Shown here: piece by piece, positions 53,535 through 64,000 of the stretch
How positions within the stretch are numbered: position 1 is the first letter of the stretch
How the letters are laid out: every line of letters begins with the position of its first letter
Source: Eledone cirrhosa
Lineage: Eukaryota
DNA length: 64,000 nucleotides
Assembly: GCA_964016885.1 (NCBI GenBank)
Contig: OZ024740.1
Location: 182,156,001 to 182,220,000, forward strand
Direction of reading: 5' to 3'
Translations under genes and position numbers: made by a program
Notes under the pieces: generated by a model
The model's database searches: none
Told to the model about the DNA's origin: nothing
What the model saw: only the letters and a program-made list of their open reading frames with translations

Positions 53535-53742
53535 TAGCTTTTATATTTGACACAAGACAATCAATTTGAAGGGAAAGGGAAAGTTGAATAAATCAAACCC
53601 TGTGCATTACTGATACTTCATTTTATCAACCCCATAAGGCTGAAAGGCAAAGCAGGATTTAAAATCAGAACTTAAAGGGCTGTAACTACATGCCACAAAG
53701 CTTGTTGTCTGACACGCTACTGATAATGCCAATCCTCCTCCT
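53535..53742 (-). mobile_element. tRNA-derived SINE (diverged)
   Basis: Degenerate reverse complement of the 60889 family. Confidence 0.65.
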
Positions 53743-54351
53743 TAAATAATAACTATAATAAGCATAAAATATAAACTAAAAAGTAAAAATTATTTTTTAT
53801 CTTTAGTTTTATCTTTATTTATGTTATTCAGGATTGTTTAGCAGCCTATGTAAAGTGTTTTTTTACCCTCTAAGTACTAAAGTGAGTTTAACTCCACCAT
53901 TGACACACATCTGAAGAGCTCATAATCTCAGAATTGAGCATCATCCTTACACTAACTGTTTTGTAAATGACAGTGTTTTAAGTGAAATTTGTACGTGAGA
54001 CATGTAATAGAAATAAATGTTTGCTCTAGTGATATTTCACTCTGTATTTTTGTTACATATTCTCCTCAACCTCTGTTGATAGCAAGGAGATGCCATTATC
54101 CAACCCATCTGTTGCTACTAATAGACCATTGATTCTGAGCATCACATTGACTGCTGAATACAGGTTATGCCACCATTTACCACAATCTAAGCAACACATA
54201 TGGATATATATCAGTGGTGAAGTGTAACCTGGAAAGCAGGGCATGCAGTCCAATCGCCATGACGGAAAGTGGGTCTGTGCAGCCTTAACCTCCTCCCACT
54301 CCAATTTCCTCTAAATGACCGCCCGGTCAAAGCCGCATCTAATGTTATCTA

Positions 54352-54590
54352 GTGTGTGTGTGTGTGTGTGTGTTATCTTTTATGTGTCTACGATTTAGTA
54401 AGCAGCCAAAATTCTGCTTGCTTCAACTGACGCTGTCGTGTGTGTGTGTGTTATTTTTTATGTGTCTACGATTTAGTAACCAGTCACAATTCTGCTTGCC
54501 CCAAAGCTGTTGTGTGTGTGTGTGTGTGTTATCTTTTTTGTGTGTATACGTTTTAGTAAGCAGCCAAAATTCTGCTTGCTTCAACCGACA
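54352..54590 (+). repeat. ~70-80-bp tandem repeat x3 with (GT)n spacers
   Basis: TTATCTTTTATGTGTCTACGATTTAGTAAGCAGCCAAAATTCTGCTTGC repeated three times. Confidence 0.85.
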
Positions 54591-54771
54591 CAATTGATCA
54601 ACTCAAGATTTTATAACGCATGCACTGCATGCATGCACCCTTCACCCCTGATATACATATAACTCAGCATTACACTCCCTGTATATATATATATGCATAT
54701 ATATTTCAAGTAAGTATGCATCCATACACACTCACATATATATACATACCTATATATATATATATATGTGT

Positions 54772-55007
54772 GTATTGAAGTTTCCGTTGAAAATTGAAAA
54801 AGCCATAGGAGTGAAGAGTGCTCTATATAAGTACCAGAGCAAAATTTAATGTATAAAAAACAATACAATATAATTACCTCATTACCAGAGGTTTCCCGAA
54901 TAAGACGAATACGAAAGAAACGTCTTGAAGACATTTCTTTCGTATTCGTCTTATTCGGGAAACCTCTGGTAATGAGGTAATTATATTGTATTGTTTTTTA
55001 TACATTA
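54772..55007. mobile_element. Solo Penelope pLTR fragment ending in a 161-bp palindrome
   Basis: 54772-54926 matches 5741-5896. 54847-55007 is a palindrome with 80-bp arms (1 mismatch) centred on G54927. Flanked by (TA)n. Confidence 0.88.
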
Positions 55008-55202
55008 TATATATATATATATATACATAAACATAAACATATGTACGTCTGGGTTATATCGAACATTAATAATAATGCTCTAGAAGCTTCTAATTGGAGT
55101 CATTTGTTTACAAATGCATCAAGTATTATTATTCATGTTCAATATAACCCATACGTACATATGTATATATATATATATATATGCGTATATATATATATAT
55201 GT

Positions 55203-55695
55203 ATCATCATCATCATCCTCGTTTAACGTCCATGTTCCACGCTTGCATGGGTTTGGACGGGAGTTTTCCCACTTGAGGCAAGAGTGGTTGTCTTGCTTGC
55301 ATAGGACTGTCTGGCGGGTTTTCTACAGCTGGATGCCCTTCCTAACACCAACCACATTTACAGTGTGGGGCTGGGAGGTTTTTACCGTGTTGCCTACACG
55401 GCCACATTACAGCGTAGATGTGTGTTTTTTTTGTTGTGACACCTACACGATCTCATTTGTTTCGGCCTGGATGTTGTGGCACCAACATAACTTTACATTG
55501 AAAGGGGTGGTGTGGATGGGGTGGGGGTGGTGGGACGGGGTGTATTTTGTTAGAGATGCCTACTGACTGTAGTAGGTTTTACTTTGTATTTAGGTAAGGC
55601 GGGTCTTCTCTATTACTGAGTACCGCCAAAGATCTCGGTCCAGTGACATTGTCTTGGAGAGGTGTAAGTGTGTGAGGTCGGAATTTATCAGGTCG

Positions 55696-55697
<2 letters not shown>
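55203..55697 (-). mobile_element. RTE family A 3' fragment
   Basis: Reverse complement of ~9488-9985; flanked by (TA)n. Confidence 0.92.
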
Positions 55698-55746
<49 letters not shown>

Positions 55747-55922
55747 TATGTATATATATATGTATATATATATGTGTGTGTACATATGCATACTTTCTTT
55801 TATGTATCAGCTGTGCTAGAGTGAGAAATAAAATTCTTATTTTATTTTTATATATATTTCGTTTTTGAATTTGTTTTGCAAATTCGACAATGAACAAAAG
55901 AGAGAAACATCATAAAACCCCC

Positions 55923-55965
55923 GTCACTAAGGAGGTCACAGAATGTGTGACGAAAGAGCTTTGAC
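55923..55965 (+). ncRNA. Degenerate hammerhead relic
   Basis: GTCA CTAAGGA G GTCACA-GAATG-TGTGAC GAAA GAGC TT TGAC. Stems I and II pair, but the core has G5A. Confidence 0.4.
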
Positions 55966-56110
55966 AATATATAAACAACCATCTGGTTATCGAACAAACC
56001 AACCAGAAATTTATAATAAATGGAAGTGAAAACCAACAGGTGTGTGTTTTTATTGAGGGTGTGACCTTCCCAAAGTCTAACAATACACACACACACACAT
56101 ATATATATAC

Positions 56111-56239
<129 letters not shown>

Positions 56240-56845
56240 GAGCGAGAGAGATGCATGTATGCATGGAGGCAGCTGATTGGTTATGGATTGATAGAATTGA
56301 CAGTAGTGTACAAAACCCATTATGTTATTTAGTTGAATTATTTTATATTCTGCTCTCAAATTCCATGGAGGTTAACTTTGCCTTTTATCCTTCTGAGGTT
56401 GATTAAAATAACTTACAGTTGAAGGCAGGATTCACCCTAATCTGCTATGCCCATGTCTCCCCATTCATATCTGGGGTCTTGTATCTGTGGTCAAAATGAA
56501 TATTATCATGGTAGAAATCAATATGTTGAAAGACATACTGTGATACATATTTTAAAGATGATTTCTATATCTTTGCTTACCATATTAAAATTTTTTATAG
56601 AAAATGTCAGAAAGTTTTGAAATCAGCATTAAAAATATCACCTATTTTTCATATAATATATTCCATTCTTTGGGGATTTTATGTTTTGTCAGTGGTAGCC
56701 TCTTTTTGTCTTAGAGAATGATTGCAATATCTTCTATCTACTTGCTCTTCCCCTACCTCCTCTTCCTTCCCTTCCTCCACCTTGTACTGGCACATTATAT
56801 GTGATGACATTGTAGGTTTATTTTCAAGATTGGTAGTTCTTATTG

Positions 56846-56982
56846 CAGACGGTGAATTGGCAGAGTTGTTAGATAGAATGCTTTATGGTATTCGTTTCGG
56901 CTCTCTGCTCTCTGAATTCAAATCCTGCCAAAGTCCACATTGCTGTTTATCCTTTTGAGTTCGATAAAAAATGTACCAGTCT
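56846..56982 (+). mobile_element. tRNA-derived SINE (diverged)
   Basis: GGTGAATTGGCAGA...GAATTCAAATCC...GATAAAAAATGTACCAGT. Confidence 0.6.
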
Positions 56983-59900
56983 CATAGTTTCTCGTCTCCT
57001 CTCTTTCACTTTCTATATTTCTCTGGAAGAAATCTGCTGTACTCAGGCCTGGAGAGGGATGGTGTTCACCAGGCTTAAAATGCACAAGAAATGCCAAATC
57101 TCTTTATGGCACCCTACAAATCTATCAGGACTTATGGGATCAGAGAGGAGAGAGAATTATTATTGCTGTCACCAAATGTGAAGACTGCAGTGTTTATGGA
57201 GTTGATGCATAACACCCTTATCTTAGTGCCAAAAGCTGATTTCTGTTACCTTAACCTTTTTTTCCTTTCACCCCTGCCTTCACAGGATTTTATCTCAGTG
57301 TGTGTGAACAGAGGCTCTTTTACATGGATCCTTTTGTCACAGCTTAACGCTATTTTCATTTGCGTATTCTCATTCTAATTCCAGATCAGACTTGAACTTT
57401 GGACTTTTATTTTGATTCTGATAGATTTCCAACATTTCTGTAAACTTCTCTTATCACGATATCTCATCTTAAAAATTCACACATGATGTTTTCAATTTTA
57501 CTATTTATTTGTTTTCTCTTTTCTACTGCATATTAAATATGCTCACTATTTTGCTTATTTGCTGGTTTCCTCTATCAGGGTATTAAAAGTACACACGAAA
57601 TTAGGATATTTCATCTCTTTTTTATTACTTCTCAAAACAAGACCTGCTGGCAATTAATTTGTATATATGACAAACTATTCTATATTTGAACAAGAGTAAG
57701 ATAGAACTCACTGATACTGCTTCAGTTCATAGCTAGAATCATAATGTTTCCCCAGGTCTTCAGATATTGAGTTCAATAGCTTATGAGAAGCAAATTCTGT
57801 CATTTTCGTTTGCAATTGAAGACTCAGTCAGACCTCCAAGCACTGATGTTTTACACTCAACATTTTCATATGTGAAATATTTAAATATTTATTTTTATTC
57901 ATTTCTTTCTCTTGTTAATGGAATTGAACTAGTAACTGTTGTTTTCATTTAGAAAAAAATATAATAGCTACTTTAAAATATATGAAATACACAAATATTC
58001 TGTTACATGAGGAAGTATTATTATCTTGCTGAAGAAAATTAATTTATTTTCAACTAACAGCTGATGCCCTACTTTGTTATTCTGTTTTAGCATATCAAAT
58101 TTGATTATGTATTTTTGTTTGTTTAGATTCCGAAGGAAAATGGAAGATATTTCAGTGAATTAGAAAGGAAATAGTTTTGTAGAATTCTCTTAGCAATCTC
58201 AGTAGAATATTTTTGTCACAGCTAAATATTCATGGTGCGCTTATTAATTTTGCATAGAAAAAAAAACAAAATAGCAGTAGTGTCTCTTCTAATGTTCCCT
58301 TATTTATGTATTGCTGATTACTTTCCTTTCATGGAAGATTTCCACAATAGCATCTAAACATAAACCTAATGTTGAAGCAACTGATATGTTCCAATATAGA
58401 TTTCCTACATAAACTCATGTTTGAATTTTACTGATGGTGAAGGGGAAAAAATAAAGTTGATCTAATTAAATCTAGTGTATGTATTGGTAAATATTTCATT
58501 ATTCCCAGAATTATCAAATGTGAAATTAACACCAGTGGGATATAGTATCAGAATATTAAAAGCCGAATTTAGATGATACAATCTCTGTTAATTTCAGTTT
58601 GTTCAACTGAATGCCCAACTTGTTCATTAGCATGTAAATGGCTAAGTATTCTACCTGCTCTTAACATAATTCTTTGACAGAATAAACATGACAAAATGAG
58701 ACAAGGCTGACTCCTTGAATGATAATCCCCCTGCAGATGTTCACACATTTTTCTTCTACCCAATTTAACTTTTAAGCTTGACTCAACCTGAAGATGCCAC
58801 TCAGTGAGATCGAACCTGGAACTTCTTAATCTCTCAGCCATATATGTGTCAATGTAGGAGTTTATAGTTGATCAAATTAATCTTAATGTATTACTGGTAC
58901 TTATTACATTGATCATAGAGTTATTAAAAGTGAAGTTAACCACAATGGAATTTGAACTCAGAATAATAAAAGGCAAGTTTTGATAGCATAAAGAACAGTA
59001 TTTATTGCCTCTGCTAATAATTTGCCATATATCTATGAACTGATGTCGTAACATATTGTGAAATGAATATTTTAGTATTCTTAGTTCAGGGATATAATAA
59101 ACCGATGAAGCTAATTGTGGTTTATTTTCAGCTTAATTCCTGCAGGTTATCATATATAGGAAAAACATTGTTGCTCAATTTGCTAGAAATAGCAGGCAGA
59201 TTTCTCACTAATCACATGATAACATCATATGAAAGGCAGGATCCATTGGATGATAGGATCTTATTTACATTTATGAAAGTTTGGACGGGCTATTCTCAAA
59301 GCAAAATTGACTACAACACAGAGAGTTATGTTTAGAGCAATAGAAAATCAGTTTTGTTATTTCACACAGGCTGAAGAAGACTAGAGCTTATTTCAGTTTC
59401 ATGTTACATTAAAAAACTAAGAACACAAGATTAAACGTTTTGAGATGTCACTTGATTGCTGAGCTAAACTCAAGGACTACTAGTGGTACTCATTTTCAGT
59501 TGAATAAACTTCAACATTGTGAAATGAAATGCCTTGTTCAAAGACACAACATGCCAACTGATATGGCAATGGAACCCTGCATATTATGATCATGAACCTG
59601 AGGTACTAACCATTAGACCACACACCTTTAAAATGGTGCTGTTTACAACCTTCAGAAACTTATAAGAGTTAAAAGTATAATAGAAAGCTATTAGTCTTCC
59701 TCAGTATTAACGATTTTAGTGATAAAATTTATATTTTGGTTTATAACTTTTTATTCACTTTTAGAAATGAACTGTGTTTTTTCTTTTCTTTGTAGACAAT
59801 GACATATCTTAAGTCGTCCAACAATTCAGATATTTGAATTGTTATTTATTGTAAAGCTACTCAACATATACTCAGTGAAATCAATAACACTGAGAACAAC

Positions 59901-59990
59901 AAAAGGAAATAAAAAGTTGTTTTTTTTAATTTATTTTCAGAAAACTTCTGTAAAATAAATTCTAATCATACAAATACACACAACCCCCCT

Positions 59991-60031
<41 letters not shown>

Positions 60032-60695
60032 CACACATACATATGTACACTTTTATAAGTAACTAAAAGAAATAGTTTTTCATTTATTGTGTACGTATGA
60101 CCTATTTCTATCCTGTGCACTTTTGATCAAATAGCATAAATTATGAACATTTCAATAATCACAACAAATATTTTTAGTCTTAACACACACCCACAGAGCC
60201 ACATTTTCAATCAATTTTTGAAATAGTCAAAATCTTTGGAGGGATCAAAGTAAATTTTCTCATATGATGGTGTTAGGAATATATTAACGCCAGCCACTTA
60301 CAAAACATTGTAATGAGGGGTTTAAATTTACAAAACATTTTAATGAAGGGTCTGAATTTAAACATGAACACTTTAAAACAAACAGTTTTACATCATTGAA
60401 CTAGGGGCTGATTCAAGCTGGTAGGAATGAAAATGCTAGAAAGAGTAAAGAACACATTGAATAATGTAGTCCAAAATACATCTTGTCCAAAATAAAAAAA
60501 GGAGATGGTCATGACTGGTAAATTTATTAACATAGTTCAGCTAAATCAAGTAACTGGACAATGGATCTATAGATTAAGTATACTTGTTTGATCAACTACC
60601 ATAGAACCCCTAGATCTTTGTTTTTTGTTTTTGTTTTTTGATTTTACAGAAATGTACGATTCCTTATTGAATGAGATTATTCTTTTGCCTTTCAT

Positions 60696-61085
60696 CGGTG
60701 GATTGGCAGTATCGGTAGAGGGTCAGATGTCATGCTTTGATGCATAGAGTTACGGCCCTTTCCATTCTGAGTTCAAATCCCGCCGAGGTCAATTTTGCCT
60801 TTCACCCTTACGGGGTCGATAAAATAAAGTACCAGTAATGTACTGGTTAATTGCTGGCCTTGTACCAACAGTAAAAACGATTATTCTAGGCGGGGGATTG
60901 GCAGTATCGGTAGAGGGTCGGACACCATGATTTGCAGCAAAGAGTTACGGCCCTTTATGGTCTGAGTTCAAATCCTACGAAGGTTAACTTTGCCTTTCAT
61001 ACTTACGAGGTCGATAAAATAAAGTACCAGTAATACACTGGCATAATCGCTGGCCTTGTGCCAAAAGTAGAAACAATTATTCTAG
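60696..61085 (+). mobile_element. Two tandem tRNA-derived SINE copies
   Basis: Units 60696-60880 and 60889-61076, each with an A-box-like TGGCAGTATCGGTAG and B box GAGTTCAAATCC. The second is flanked by the direct repeat ATTATTCTAG (60880-60889, 61076-61085). Confidence 0.88.
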
Positions 61086-61442
61086 TTACAAACAGTGTCA
61101 CTCTGGCTTCAATGCCACTGTACAATACCTTTGAGAGGTGTTGATTACCATAACTTCAGGTTTATCAATATATTGTGAGCGGACGTTAGGAGATGGAGGC
61201 TGTATAAAAACCTGTCTGTGTCCATGGAAAGAGAAAGAGAGGGAAATCTTTTTGTTTTTATTATTATTTCGTTTACCATTCCATCGCATTGTCTTCCTCA
61301 TTGCTTTCATATTTATGCTCTCTCTCTAAAGCCATCTTGGTGGCCTAGTGCTATATATTAGGGTGGTGGGAATTCTGGTCTGAGATTCAATTTTGGTTAG
61401 GATCTATACTAAGGGGGTCTTACTAATTTTAAATAGAGTAGT

Positions 61443-61650
61443 AGTGGAATGGTAGTATCAGTAGAGCATCATACATTGTGGCATATAGTTACCACTCTTT
61501 TTGTTTTGAGTTCCAATCCTGTAAAGGAGAGCTTTACCTTTTATTATGAGGTCGATAAAATAAAGCACCAATAATGCACTGTAGTCGATTTAATCGACTT
61601 TCATCTACCCCAAAATTGTTGCATTTGTGGCTAAATAAGAAACCATATTT
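61443..61650 (+). mobile_element. tRNA-derived SINE (diverged)
   Basis: Same family; GAGGTCGATAAAATAAAGCACCA. Confidence 0.65.
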
Positions 61651-64000
61651 ATGCTCTCTCTACCATATTTGCTTTGAAAATCTGTAGACTGCATGGAATG
61701 GAGCAGACACTTAATCTTGCAGGTGACAGGGAAGCCTCTCTAGCGTTAGTGCCATGTTACACTTCAGTTATTTCACCCTGTAAAGTGGTTGACAGTGGAA
61801 TAGTAACAACTTAATGTCAAGAGGATTATTCTTTCATTTCAATGACATGACAAACTCCCTATTGCTAATGGCCTATAAAATGTATGCAGTAGACTCTGTT
61901 AAGTGGTTGGTGTTAGGAAACTTATCCAGCTGTAAAACATCCATGAGTAACACATATTTCTCCAACCTATCTAGGAAGACAGTAACTCTATATAAGAACT
62001 GAGTCAAACTGCAATGACCCATCCAACCCATGTTAACATGGACAATGGATGTATAATGATGATGATAATGAGGATAATGACATCAATGATTATGTAAAGG
62101 ATGCTTTTACACATAGATGTGTGCATTATGTGTGCATAGCATAGATGTGTGCATAGCATAGAGTTTGATCAACAAAATCCAAGACCTCATTTGCTTTCCG
62201 AGTGGGGGTGGAACTCATTAAATCTGGCCAAAGAAATGATGTTTCTATTGCTCTTTCCATTGATGATACTATCTACAAGTTGCAATTCCTGGTGTGATAT
62301 GGTACAACATGATATGTTCACATAATACATAGCTTCTTCAAAAGTAATCCATCAAATATATTGGTATTTAAAGTATTCTTATGAAACTTATTAAAACTAT
62401 TCTTTCATGGAATTTGATGGATAGAGTGCGATATAAGTTGGAACTGAAAATCAAGTAACATCTATTTCGTTAAATCATGAGCATCTTGCTAATGAAGCTG
62501 TATGAGTTAATTTAATTAAAGAGTTATTGAATTACTATTATTATTATATTTTTATCTTGAGAAGTTTAACAGTCATAAAATTAAAAGATGGAAAAAGAAA
62601 TGTTTTATTATATTTATAAATTAGGTTGTATCTGTTTAATGTTTGAATTACATGAGTCATAAATTTTACTAAAATTACCCCATTTAAAAAACAACCTTAC
62701 ATTTTTGATATCCATAAAATCTTGATGAAAGAAATTTGCTTCTGAAAATGATTATTTTATGTATTTTTAAGAGGCACTTCAAGAAAAAATACAATCATTT
62801 TCATTTGTGATAAATTTGGCATAATTTTGTATAAAAATTGTTAAGTTTACTGGAGGTTGTAATATGTTTTAACCAAAACAAGTTTCCATTATAAATATGT
62901 ATGTCTTGGTCATACTTAATGTAAACCAATGAAATAGGATTCCCAGAAACAAAATTCATTCTTTAAAGACCAACCATGTTTATATAGTTTTCTTTGCTAA
63001 AATGTTTGTAAAAAAAATGTATATATCATGTAAATTTAGTGCACAAGACTGTGTAAATAATGAGCTATGTAGTCTAGTCATGTGATTCTGTCAATGTGAT
63101 AAACCAAAATTAATTATTTCTTTCACAATTCATTCACTGGTACTTATAATAAAAGCTTTCAGAATTGTTCAGAAATATATTTTAATAAAGCTCAAATGTC
63201 ATCTCATTGTCAGATGAACTGTTAGGATTGATAAGGGCGGAGTCAGATTGCCATCTGAAAGGCAAAATGCTATTCAATTGTTTATTTTATAGTATGCATT
63301 TAGTGAACAATAGTTTTGTTGTTTACAGGTTTACTTCTGGTCAGTTATTGGTTCACCACATTTCTGATATGAAAGTGACAAGGCATTGTCTGTGCAACTC
63401 AGGATTAACAAATATCACATTGTTTTCCGGATTTTTCAACAATATTTACATTTTTCACCAATAAACATTAGCAAAACATACATAAACTAACATAATAGGC
63501 TTTCTAAAATTTTCTTTACTAGATTCACTGACATGAAGCTTACCAAACCAAGGTTATGATATAAAACCTTTAGCTATGGTAAACATCCTTCTCCCCCTGG
63601 AACAGTGATGTCTCCATATTTTAGATACTTAACTATCACTAACTACACCCATATTGCTGTAGATTGCTAGGTAACATGAACAGCAAAAGCTTTCTGTGGC
63701 ATTGAACAAAAAAAGATTTACAAGAATTTCTTAGCTTTCTATGCAGCATTCAAGTTCACATCTGGGTTTGAGTCATTAATCAAGCAAACTAAAACACTGG
63801 AGTTACTGTACTTACCAGAGACAACAACTTGCTCTCCATTGCAAGTCCACATTTAAATTTTAATCAATTTGAATTTGAAATATACCTCCTTTGCCTTTCT
63901 TAACAAAAATTGTCATTAACACTAATGATTTTTCACTTCAACGGTATAATTTCAATTGATTAAAAATTGTTATTGAATCACTTCATTAAAGCAGCTACTT

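Larger units (their letters stand above)
52640..54050. mobile_element. Old Penelope-like inverted pLTR pair with degenerate hammerheads
   Basis: About 52640-53110 (minus strand, interrupted by a MITE) is a diverged reverse complement of about 53795-54050. The combined consensus reads CAT CTGAAGA GCTCA..TGAGT GAAA CAATTG TA ATG. Confidence 0.5.

Noticed and set aside
57000-64000. Short ORFs and several polypyrimidine-AG sites (e.g. 58127, 59795, 63329) as host exons
   Set aside because: No recognisable protein similarity, early stops or no matching donor; cannot be supported without transcript data.

Overview
AT-rich eukaryotic DNA, dense in microsatellites and almost entirely derived from transposable elements. 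The repeat families suggest a cephalopod (Octopus-like) genome; this is an inference. No host protein-coding gene could be supported. The window holds: (1) about ten RTE-clade LINE copies from at least three families, whose single EN-RT ORF has a C4HC3 PHD-type finger inserted inside the RT. One copy (10.6-15.9 kb) is intact except for one TGA, and is preceded by a ~413-bp monomer array and a 426-bp palindrome. (2) Two head-to-head Tx1/L1-clade LINEs, each embedded in a (TTA)n tract, with complementary EN and RT deletions. (3) One CR1-like LINE. (4) Several Penelope-like (Naiad-type) elements and pLTR relics carrying type I hammerhead ribozymes, including a rare U3-A8 core variant present in both inverted pLTRs of one element. 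(5) tRNA-derived SINEs, nested hAT and piggyBac MITEs, fold-back hairpins and a possible HDV-like ribozyme relic. All calls were made by eye; boundaries in degenerate regions are approximate.
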